Virus record (IMG/VR): IMGVR_UViG_3300044957_000619
DNA: 64,000 bases
Strand: one strand, 5' to 3'
DNA from: a virus
Shown: positions 40,701 to 47,747 of the stretch, one piece after another
Layout: each line of letters begins with the position of its first letter
Numbering within the stretch: position 1 is the stretch's first letter
Position numbers and translations under genes: made by a program
The notes under the pieces: generated by a model
Database searches by the model: none
Seen by the model: only the letters and a program-made list of their open reading frames with translations
Told to the model about the DNA's origin: nothing

Positions 40701-40923
40701 ACTTATAAATATTGGTTTCCGCAATATATTGCTGGAAACGAGACGGCCTCGACTTTATAATAAATACTATATACGCTGGGTTCGGCCTTAGGAGTATGCG
40801 CTAGATGATCTAGGAAGGATTATATGACACCGTCATATTCAATAAAGAGCACCTATATAGCAAAAAATCTTACCGCGCGGCAAAAACATGCATAACCTCC
40901 CGCATCATCTTGGGGGTGGTCTA

Positions 40924-41050
40924 CCCCTTTAACGAAACTCTCCCCACCCCCCCTATTTGACCCCCCCGATCACCCCTTAACACACCCCCATACACCACCC
41001 CCCATACCCCCATAAAAAAAGGGGGGCTATTGCCCCCCCATGATCACCCC
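40924..41050. repeat. Tract of about 10 C4-C7 runs (G-runs on the minus strand)
   Basis: Directly visible; non-coding. Confidence 0.9.
41014..41039 (-). terminator. Intrinsic terminator ending the early module
   Basis: GGGGGGC-AATA-GCCCCCC followed by T7 on the minus strand. Confidence 0.8.
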
Positions 41051-41069
41051 ATTTAAATCAGCGGCACCT

Positions 41070-41324
41070 TTACGCGGCCCGGGTCTCTGATTGCGATGCT
41101 CTTAACTCGGCAGCTGCTATGTTATCAGGATGACGGAAGTCTTGTTGTATACCTAACGTCTCCATCACGTGATATATGGCACACCACTTAATGCCACACC
41201 ACTTACCTCTGAGGCGATCGGTTAATGCATCTTCTGCACCATACCATTGCTGTGCCATCATGTAACGTAAATATGCTTGGGCTTCTTGATTCTGGATCGC
41301 TTGGATCATGTTCTGCTTTGTCAT
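41070..41324 (-). CDS. Early hypothetical protein
   Basis: 84 aa; has its own repeated promoter. Confidence 0.7.
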   Translation of the reverse strand: MTKQNMIQAIQNQEAQAYLRYMMAQQWYGAEDALTDRLRGKWCGIKWCAIYHVMETLGIQQDFRHPDNIAAAELRASQSETRAA

Positions 41325-41329
41325 TGTCT

Positions 41330-41410
41330 TTCTCTTTTAATTAATAATAATAAAGATAAGAAATATGTTTCATATATCCTAATCTTTTAGCAACTTTTTT
41401 TACTTTTTTT
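41330..41410 (-). promoter_or_regulatory. Repeated early promoter (variant copy)
   Basis: A-tracts, then TAGGA-N-TATCTTTA, then AAAAGAGA leader. Confidence 0.7.
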
Positions 41411-41415
41411 TATAG

Positions 41416-41444
41416 CAGAAATCCGACGCCTTTCGACGCCGGAT
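41416..41444 (-). terminator. Hairpin/terminator after the AAA+ gene
   Basis: ATCCGGCGTC-GAAA-GGCGTCGGAT; weak U tail. Confidence 0.55.
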
Positions 41445-41466
41445 CCTGGTTTGAGAAATATGTGTT

Positions 41467-42417
41467 CTAAGCCGGGATGATTTGTTCTGCAATCATCATT
41501 TTTGGATTCTCAAAGCCCATTGCACATATGCGTGCTGCTTTGATAAAGCTACGCAGGTTGATCTCTACGCCATCAAACTCTGCATCAAGCTCCTTCATTA
41601 ATGTCAATGCCTGCTCTTTTGCTGGCATCGGAATGCGACGCTCCATTGTTACCATCAACTGCGACATTCTGGCAAACATCTGATCCGTTGTCAATGCAAC
41701 ATCACTTACAAAGCTTCGGCTGCGGATTGCTTCATCCAAGCGGCTTTGGTTGATGTTGGAGATAAAGATGATGCGTCCTGTGAATTCAAAATGACGTGGT
41801 ATTTCACTACCAAACTCGTCTTTAAGAGTCTTTGTGGAGATGTAACTTAGCCTGCGGGTGTCATAAGAATCCAAAGCCGCTTTGAGGATATTAACTGCAT
41901 CATCATCTTTGAATACCGAATCACAGTCATCCAACACAATAACCTTGTCGCTATTCTCATACAGCGTAATAAACAAGCCTGCAGGCGTAGCACGACCCTT
42001 GAAGTGAACAAAGTCGGTAGACTCCTTAAGGCCCAATGACTCCAATGTACTCTTAACCAAATGCGTCTTGCCCGTACCGGCACCTCCGGTAATAACAAGT
42101 GACGGCTGAATGCCGCGCCCTACCATTTTAGTTAGACGCTCAATGTTTGCAAACATCTCCTCCGGGTCCTGGGTTTGCTTGGTTTGCATAAAGGACATCT
42201 TGACAGCCGGAGGTGGTGTCAATGCAACACCCATATCAGCGGCAGGGACTCTGGTAACACGTCCCGTTGCGGATACTACTAATACCTCACGGTTCTTCTC
42301 AGCATTCAGCAGCTGGATGTGTCGGATGGTGTCCTTAGTCGCTATGCTACCTGTGGTTGTGTTCTTAGCAAACAACTTGCCTTTAATTCTAACTGGTTCA
42401 AAAACATTACTCATCAT
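41467..42417 (-). CDS. AAA+ P-loop ATPase (early)
   Basis: Walker A GGAGTGKT, Walker B VIVLDDCD, sensor IFISN, AIRSRS. Confidence 0.85.
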   Translation of the reverse strand: MMSNVFEPVRIKGKLFAKNTTTGSIATKDTIRHIQLLNAEKNREVLVVSATGRVTRVPAADMGVALTPPPAVKMSFMQTKQTQDPEEMFANIERLTKMVGRGIQPSLVITGGAGTGKTHLVKSTLESLGLKESTDFVHFKGRATPAGLFITLYENSDKVIVLDDCDSVFKDDDAVNILKAALDSYDTRRLSYISTKTLKDEFGSEIPRHFEFTGRIIFISNINQSRLDEAIRSRSFVSDVALTTDQMFARMSQLMVTMERRIPMPAKEQALTLMKELDAEFDGVEINLRSFIKAARICAMGFENPKMMIAEQIIPA

Positions 42418-42419
42418 GT

Positions 42420-42503
42420 ATCTCTCTTTTTAATTATACTTAAAGATAAGCAAAAAAAGAATGCGATCCAACCGTTTCGCAAACTTTTTTCAAACTTTTT
42501 TTT
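42420..42503 (-). promoter_or_regulatory. Repeated early promoter
   Basis: AAAAAAGTTTG..GGTTGGATCGCATT-N-CTTATCTTTAAGTATAATTAAAAAGAGAGA; TTG-N20-TATCTTTA fits Bacteroidota -33/-7 spacing. Confidence 0.85.
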
Positions 42504-42782
42504 CTAGTTGCCGATATTGTTGAAATCAAAATCATTGACAATGGCATTGATTGCGGATCCGCCATGCTGCGCAGCATGCTTTTGGCCAGCTACTTGGGAC
42601 AACGCCCGGGCAAAGTCTGGAAGGTCACCCTTTGCCTTTGCAACAAGCAACATTTCCATCAAATGGCCCAACAACACAAAGTCTTTATCGTCGGTTAGCA
42701 TTGCTAACACCTCAGCATTGGTTTGAGCATCTGTTACGTTCTGGATTAAGTCCCTAGCTAACTGTTCTTGCATCTTGTTCAT
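42504..42782 (-). CDS. Early hypothetical protein
   Basis: 92 aa; has its own promoter. Confidence 0.7.
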   Translation of the reverse strand: MNKMQEQLARDLIQNVTDAQTNAEVLAMLTDDKDFVLLGHLMEMLLVAKAKGDLPDFARALSQVAGQKHAAQHGGSAINAIVNDFDFNNIGN

Positions 42783-42784
42783 CG

Positions 42785-42870
42785 CTCTCTTTTTAATTAT
42801 ACTTAAAGATAAGTAATATGTTTCATATATCCTAATCTTTTTGCAACTTTTTTTAAACTTTTTTTAAACT
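42785..42870 (-). promoter_or_regulatory. Repeated early promoter
   Basis: Same architecture, TAGGA variant. Confidence 0.8.
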
Positions 42871-43043
42871 TTTTTTAAGCCTAATTCAGCTGCTACATAA
42901 TTAACATGTTTGGTGGTTGTCTTGCTCCAGTAGCCCAATACAAGTAACTTGTTGCCATTAATGGTTGCTACATGGGTAGTATAAGAAATAACTCGATCTC
43001 CGTCTATTCGAAGATTCTTTTTGTAACGATTCAATTTTTTCAT
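42864..43043 (-). CDS. Early small protein
   Basis: MKKLNRYKKNLRIDGDRVISYTTHVATI...WSKTTTKHVN; start follows an AAAAAGAGAG leader. Confidence 0.7.
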   Translation of the reverse strand: MKKLNRYKKNLRIDGDRVISYTTHVATINGNKLLVLGYWSKTTTKHVNYVAAELGLKKV

Positions 43044-43046
43044 GTG

Positions 43047-43100
43047 CTCTCTTTTTACGTCCGCAAGGGCCGACATTGCTGCCGACCCGGGACTGAGAGA
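43047..43100 (-). promoter_or_regulatory. Nested RNA stem-loop sequestering the GAGAG leader
   Basis: CUCUC-A-GUCC-C-GGGUCGGCA-GCAA-UGUCGGCCC-UUGC-GGAC-GUAAAAA-GAGAG. Confidence 0.6.
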
Positions 43101-43141
43101 TATAGCAAAGATTTTAGCATTGCAATTTGTTAATTGTTCAA

Positions 43142-43495
43142 TCAAATACAAGCTTGGTTCCGGAGACCATACATCATATCGTCGCTTTCCTCAAATATGT
43201 TTTCCATTGTCTCGCGTATCGCTGCAACTATGCGATTCGTGTTTATAGGCACACTCGCCAATACAATGGTGTTGTGATACAAATCAAACTCAGCATTGTC
43301 AAAATCAACTATGTCGCTGCTGTACAAATTGCCAATGGCTTTATCTACAACATCCATTATTTTGTCAAACGACTCGTTATTTAATAGGACCTTTTCTTCC
43401 AACTGCTGGATAAGGGCAATTACTTGGTCGATTGACACTACTGATGTTAATGCCTTTGCTGCTTCTAATTGTGCTACTAATTCTTGTTTTTTCAT
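43142..43495 (-). CDS. Early hypothetical protein
   Basis: 117 aa; has its own promoter. Confidence 0.7.
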   Translation of the reverse strand: MKKQELVAQLEAAKALTSVVSIDQVIALIQQLEEKVLLNNESFDKIMDVVDKAIGNLYSSDIVDFDNAEFDLYHNTIVLASVPINTNRIVAAIRETMENIFEESDDMMYGLRNQACI

Positions 43496-43526
43496 CGCTT
43501 TTTTTTTTGGTTTTGTGGGACTATTC

Positions 43527-43580
43527 CCTTTTTAATTATACTTAAATTTAAAGAAAAAATCAATGCGATCCAACCGTTTT
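43527..43580 (-). promoter_or_regulatory. Repeated early promoter
   Basis: GGTTGGATCGCATTG-N-TAAATTTAAGTATAATT. Confidence 0.8.
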
Positions 43581-43715
43581 ATCTTCTAGTTTTGAAAAAT
43601 TTTGCACTACTATTTGGCACACTTCACATAGTATCTGGTTATCTTCGATTCCTACGGCTTCGAGGAAGGTGCATAAGTCAATTTGAATTTGTTCTTTTAC
43701 TTCAGCTTTTGTCAT
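43560..43715 (-). CDS. Early small protein (51 aa, not in track)
   Basis: MTKAEVKEQIQIDLCTFLEAVG...; AAAAAGAGCC leader. Confidence 0.6.
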   Translation of the reverse strand: MTKAEVKEQIQIDLCTFLEAVGIEDNQILCEVCQIVVQNFSKLEDKTVGSH

Positions 43716-43735
43716 GGCTCTTTTTGATTTATTTA

Positions 43736-43819
43736 CTACTTTTTTTTGCTGCGGCTAATCAACATCATGATTAGCACCACATTGAGCAACAAGCTCATAT
43801 ATACTATCTTGCCTATCAT
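43736..43819 (-). CDS. 27-aa membrane peptide (not in track)
   Basis: MIGKIVYMSLLLNVVLIMMLISRSKKK; ATGA-coupled to the upstream ORF. Confidence 0.55.
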   Translation of the reverse strand: MIGKIVYMSLLLNVVLIMMLISRSKKK

Positions 43820-43965
43820 ACTCCAATGTATACGGCACCTGTGGTTCCTGTTACTAACTTGTAAACAATAAAGGCAATGCCAAATACAAATAACCCGGTG
43901 CATGCTACTGCTAATGCTTTAAGGGTTACTGCTACTACGTTCTCGATGCTAAACACTTTTTTCAT
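43816..43965 (-). CDS. 49-aa membrane peptide (not in track)
   Basis: MKKVFSIENVVAVTLKALAVACTGLFVFGIAFIVYKLV...; directly downstream of a promoter. Confidence 0.65.
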   Translation of the reverse strand: MKKVFSIENVVAVTLKALAVACTGLFVFGIAFIVYKLVTGTTGAVYIGV

Positions 43966-43967
43966 TT

Positions 43968-44056
43968 TTCTCTCTTTTTAATTATACTTAAAGATAAGCA
44001 TTTTTTCAATGCGATCCAACCTTTTTTCAAAAAAAGTTTCAAAAAAGTTATTCACA
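43968..44056 (-). promoter_or_regulatory. Repeated early promoter
   Basis: Consensus copy. Confidence 0.85.
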
Positions 44057-44097
44057 ATCTTGCAAGTTTTTTAACTTCATTGATTGATTTGCGCGCT

Positions 44098-44310
44098 CTA
44101 ACGCCAGCTGCCTTTGTCTATGAATTCAATAACATATTCAAACAGCGCTGGATCATCAATATCAAATCCATCTTCATCTCGGAACACCGTATCGATTACT
44201 TTACCGCGCTCATCTAAATAATCAGTAACCGTAACTATGTTACCTGCTGTCAATTGAACCTGGTACCTTTCTGTAGTGATCGTTTCTACATGTTTACTAA
44301 CTAACTTCAT
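44098..44310 (-). CDS. Early hypothetical protein
   Basis: 70 aa; has its own promoter. Confidence 0.7.
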   Translation of the reverse strand: MKLVSKHVETITTERYQVQLTAGNIVTVTDYLDERGKVIDTVFRDEDGFDIDDPALFEYVIEFIDKGSWR

Positions 44311-44394
44311 TTCTCTTATTTTTTAATCATACTTAAATTTAAGGACTAAATCAATGCGATCCAACCGTTTCGCAAACTTTTTTCAAACTTTTTT
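44311..44394 (-). promoter_or_regulatory. Repeated early promoter
   Basis: Consensus copy, TAAATTTA variant. Confidence 0.85.
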
Positions 44395-45131
44395 TACAGG
44401 TATTGCTCAAGCAATTTGATGCCTGGAAGTGCAGCCAATGCCTCCTCAGCCTGACGAACCAATTGTCGTGCACGCTCATTTGTGATGCCCATCTCCTCAC
44501 CAATCTGCTCCATGCTCTGTGCATACTCAAACCCTAATCCATAATTACGACGCAATGCTTCTGCTTGCCTAGGCTTCAATTGTGCCAATGCTCTATCAAT
44601 GTCAAACTGCAGATCCGCGCGGTCTCTGCTGCTGCGCACCTCATCGGCTGCTAAGTATCGATCCGCATATGTCTCTTTGTTCTCATCATCGCCTACCGGA
44701 GTGGAAATGCGCTTGATGGAGTACTCTTCGGTAGCCGTACGGTGTGATGGAATCCTTACTGTGCGAGACAAATCATTAAGGGCCTTCTGCAACTCGGCGC
44801 GGATATACCATACTGCAAACGTAATGAATTTAACATTCTTGCTGGTATCAAATCGATCCACAGCCTCAAACAATCCAATGTTGGCAAATGCTATAAGATC
44901 TTCCATCTCCAAGCCCATGCCCTGATACTGACGGGCCACTTGCACCGCAAACCGCAAATTGCTTTCTATTATGGTATTGCGTGCCTTAAGGGAGCCTGCC
45001 TGTGCTGCTTGGATTAACTGGGTCTCGTCTTCTCTGCTAATGACCCGAGCCTTCTTTATCTCGGCTACATAACGCTTTGTGGATTCGGCGCCTACTATTG
45101 CACCATTTGTAACATTGATTCTTCTTTTCAT
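44394..45131 (-). CDS. Sigma70-family RNA polymerase sigma factor
   Basis: NLRFAVQVARQYQG.GL..EDLI..ANIGL..AVDRFD..K..KFITFAVWYIR; region 4 IG.EMGITNERARQ. Confidence 0.93.
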   Translation of the reverse strand: MKRRINVTNGAIVGAESTKRYVAEIKKARVISREDETQLIQAAQAGSLKARNTIIESNLRFAVQVARQYQGMGLEMEDLIAFANIGLFEAVDRFDTSKNVKFITFAVWYIRAELQKALNDLSRTVRIPSHRTATEEYSIKRISTPVGDDENKETYADRYLAADEVRSSRDRADLQFDIDRALAQLKPRQAEALRRNYGLGFEYAQSMEQIGEEMGITNERARQLVRQAEEALAALPGIKLLEQYL

Positions 45132-45152
45132 AACGCTTATTTCTTTTTGTAT

Positions 45153-45183
45153 ATTATACCGGGTTTCTTGCTCTAGGGTTACC
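45153..45183 (-). promoter_or_regulatory. Alternative promoter GGTAACC-N18-TATAAT upstream of the sigma gene
   Basis: Replaces the repeated promoter core but keeps the upstream A-tracts; GGTAACCCT recurs at 46362-46370. Confidence 0.45.
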
Positions 45184-45221
45184 TTTTTTTCAAACTTTTT
45201 TGAAACTTTTTTAGCCCCGCA

Positions 45222-45407
45222 CTATTTTACTATGTGGGGTTTCTGTAATGCTGCTTGAGCTTCTCTGTAAATGCGGTTGCGTTCTGCTTGTGCCATTGCA
45301 TGTTTTACTGCTGCATTTAATTGCTGAGGACGTTTTGCATCTGCCAACAACCGGGCTGACACTGCATCTTGCTTGAAAAATCCTGAATTCTTTTTGCCTA
45401 CTGCCAT
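45222..45407 (-). CDS. Early small basic protein
   Basis: 61 aa; has its own promoter. Confidence 0.65.
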   Translation of the reverse strand: MAVGKKNSGFFKQDAVSARLLADAKRPQQLNAAVKHAMAQAERNRIYREAQAALQKPHIVK

Positions 45408-45498
45408 ATCTCTTATTTTTTAATTATACTTAAATTTAAGGACTAAATCAATGCGATCCTAATCTTTTGCAAACTTTTTTTGAAAAAGTTATTCACAA
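45408..45498 (-). promoter_or_regulatory. Repeated early promoter
   Basis: Consensus copy. Confidence 0.85.
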
Positions 45499-45624
45499 TT
45501 TTCTGCTTCATCTGCTTCAAGTATTCTATCGATATACTGCCGGATTAGTCAAGCAATTTTTCGTTTTCATGGCGTTTTGTTTCAATGTGCGTTACGGATG
45601 CGCACCCCCCCCCGGATTGGTAAT

Positions 45625-45861
45625 TTATTGATTGTTAATAATATCGTTTACTAATTCATGAGCGTCATGCCATTGAGCCCAACGTGTAAGTGACCGAATG
45701 TATTCGGGTGATTCTTTACCCAAATGCGTCTCGCAAAGATTCAAGAAGTCCCGCTCTTGTCTTTGTCGTAATCGTAATTGCTCAAGGATAAGGTCCAACT
45801 TGATTTGTGCGGTCTCTTGCGCTTGTTCGCCGGTGTTGTTTTGTTGGTTCATTGTTTCCAT
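45625..45861 (-). CDS. Early hypothetical protein
   Basis: 78 aa; G.E......RW pattern loosely resembles 41070-41324. Confidence 0.65.
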   Translation of the reverse strand: METMNQQNNTGEQAQETAQIKLDLILEQLRLRQRQERDFLNLCETHLGKESPEYIRSLTRWAQWHDAHELVNDIINNQ

Positions 45862-45867
45862 GTTGTT

Positions 45868-46035
45868 TTATTCTTCTAATTGATCTATAACTGATTTAAT
45901 TACACCTTCTAAATATCCATAACAATATGCTCCGGTCAACAACGTTCCATCCGCTTTCTTAGCCCATCTTTCTTGAGCTACAGCTAGTTTCTTTTTCAAT
46001 GATGCTACTAATGCTTTTTTTTCTGCTTTTGTCAT
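45868..46035 (-). CDS. Early small protein (55 aa, not in track)
   Basis: MTKAEKKALVASLKKK...AYCYGYLEGVIKSVIDQLEE. Confidence 0.7.
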   Translation of the reverse strand: MTKAEKKALVASLKKKLAVAQERWAKKADGTLLTGAYCYGYLEGVIKSVIDQLEE

Positions 46036-46037
46036 TT

Positions 46038-46120
46038 TACTCTCTTTTTAATTATACTTAAAGATAAGAAAAAAAAGAATGCGATCCAACCGTTTCGCAA
46101 ACTTTTTCCAAACTTTTTTT
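46038..46120 (-). promoter_or_regulatory. Repeated early promoter
   Basis: Near-identical to 42420-42503. Confidence 0.85.
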
Positions 46121-46129
46121 AAGTTTCAA

Positions 46130-46351
46130 TTATCCTACTTCTTTTTCTTCTACTGAGGCGTATGTGTCTCTTCCGTGTGCACTATACGTCTCAAGGATCA
46201 TGTTTTTCTCTCGAGCTATTTTTTTAAGTTCCCACAGTGCATCTTTTTCCTTTTCATAAACTGAAATTGAAACCCAATCCGGTTCGCTGAACATTAACAC
46301 AAAAACTGTTTTTCTTTTTATCTGTCTTATTTTAATTTTATAAATAACCAA
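46130..46351 (-). CDS. Early hypothetical protein (start uncertain)
   Basis: Leader-like AAATAAGACAG is followed by ATA rather than ATG. Confidence 0.5.
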   Translation of the reverse strand: MVIYKIKIRQIKRKTVFVLMFSEPDWVSISVYEKEKDALWELKKIAREKNMILETYSAHGRDTYASVEEKEVG

Positions 46352-46375
46352 AATTTTGTAAAGGGTTACCCTTTT

Positions 46376-46774
46376 TTATAAAAAAAGTTTTGAAAAAGTT
46401 TCAGCCGTTTTAAGTGGACCTTTAAAGTCATTTTCACGTCCCCATATTTCAGCTAAGCCGGAGTGGCTGCACTTAGGAATTACTGTATATACTACATTAC
46501 ATGTCTCGATATTGCATATACGGAAATCATCATACAATGGGCCGCGGCCCGGGCAATTGTTTTTGAAGAATACATAATGATCCAAAAGATCAATGTCATA
46601 CGCTTTAACAAAGCGCTCGGTTTGTTTCATCAACGTCCGGGCTTTGCGCGCTAAAGATGAATCCTTGCAAAACCAATCATAGAAATTGAAACATTTTGAT
46701 TGACTCCCATCGGCATCTAATATTAAGCCATTTGCTTGGGCATTTAATTGATCTGCTAAACTAACTCTGTTCAT
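46376..46774 (-). CDS. Early hypothetical protein
   Basis: 132 aa; FYDWFCKD..L...YVFFKNNCP..GPLYDDFRIC. Confidence 0.75.
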   Translation of the reverse strand: MNRVSLADQLNAQANGLILDADGSQSKCFNFYDWFCKDSSLARKARTLMKQTERFVKAYDIDLLDHYVFFKNNCPGRGPLYDDFRICNIETCNVVYTVIPKCSHSGLAEIWGRENDFKGPLKTAETFSKLFL

Positions 46775-46775
46775 T

Positions 46776-46866
46776 TCTCTTATTTTTTAATTATACTTAA
46801 AGATAAGCATTTTTTCAATGCGATCCAACCAAAATCCAAAAAAAGTTTAAAAAAAGTTATTCACAA
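46776..46866 (-). promoter_or_regulatory. Repeated early promoter
   Basis: Consensus copy. Confidence 0.85.
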
Positions 46867-46889
46867 AAAAAGGGCGACCGAAGCCGCCC
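46865..46889 (-). terminator. Intrinsic terminator
   Basis: GGGCGGC-TTCG-GTCGCCC followed by T7. Confidence 0.85.
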
Positions 46890-47027
46890 ATGGTACACGC
46901 CTGGGAATAAGAGAGAGAAACCCGTTGGTCATGTTACCCATAATGAGACGGGATCGAGGTGTTAGCGCTAACACCATGGTGGTTACGATCCCGCCAAGTG
47001 TGAAGGTCGATACTATCGATCCCGTCG
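46890..47027 (-). ncRNA. Candidate structured 3'UTR or sRNA
   Basis: 11-bp inverted repeat 46947-57/47016-26, 18-bp palindrome 46958-75, pyrimidine loop 46906-20. Confidence 0.5.
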
Positions 47028-47111
47028 TTATTTTCTTTTGTATTCTCGGTATGCGATCGCCGCAATCAATGCAATCAACGTCGTCATCCAAACTATAAAT
47101 AATAGCATCAT
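47028..47111 (-). CDS. 27-aa membrane peptide (not in track)
   Basis: MMLLFIVWMTTLIALIAAIAYREYKRK; host-type promoter at about 47128-47160. Confidence 0.65.
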   Translation of the reverse strand: MMLLFIVWMTTLIALIAAIAYREYKRK

Positions 47112-47214
47112 TTCCTTTTATTATGCTCATATTATATGAAATACGCGCACATAATCCAACCACAATACAAAAAAAGTTTGCGCTGTATAGCTAGAGAACC
47201 AAACGAAACCGGGT

Positions 47215-47747
47215 CTAAAGCCTGGTTTTGGTCTAAAAATAACGCATATTGGACTAAAAATCAAACCGGCTTTGCTCTAAAAATAATCTAAAAATAACGC
47301 ATATTGCTCTAAAAATAGCGGGAGGGTGCGGATATTGTGCTAAAAATAACATGTTCAGATCACTAGCTATACAGACGCGCGCATAGCATCTAAAAATAAA
47401 GCTGGTATTAGATTCACTATATATAGAGCGCATGATGGACTAAAAATAACAGCCACTCGGACTAAAACGTAACCAGGGAGATTGGGGTCGAGTCCGTTAA
47501 AACCAGCTGATATTGATCTAAAAATAGATGCACCCGTATACTGGCTCTTACAGTTCGTTTAAGAACATTGTAGCCCTTTTGGAGTCTAGATATTCGTGAA
47601 ATGGGAATAAAGAGTCTATGCCCCACGAAAACATGTAACACCGGCAGGGAGATATCTTAAAGATCTTGCTGGTAGCTACTACACACTAAACTTTGCTTTA
47701 CATATCGTAATAAGACTATTAACATTACGTGTATCCATCTAAAAATA
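47215..47747. repeat. Array of CTAAAAAT motifs in a non-coding region
   Basis: Copies at 47233, 47254, 47277, 47288, 47309, 47340, 47390, 47440, 47518, 47739; variants at 47215 and 47462. Confidence 0.9.

Noticed and set aside
41330-46866. Repeated ~80-nt units as CRISPR repeats or integron attC sites
   Set aside because: They have promoter and leader architecture directly upstream of start codons, lack attC-type dyad symmetry, and no integrase is present.
46861-47163. 100-aa track ORF as a real gene
   Set aside because: It runs through a promoter, a highly structured region and a terminator; the 27-aa TM ORF has a better start context.
47215-47747. CTAAAAAT array as a CRISPR array
   Set aside because: The repeat is only 8-9 nt, spacing is irregular (11-221 nt), and no cas genes are in the window.
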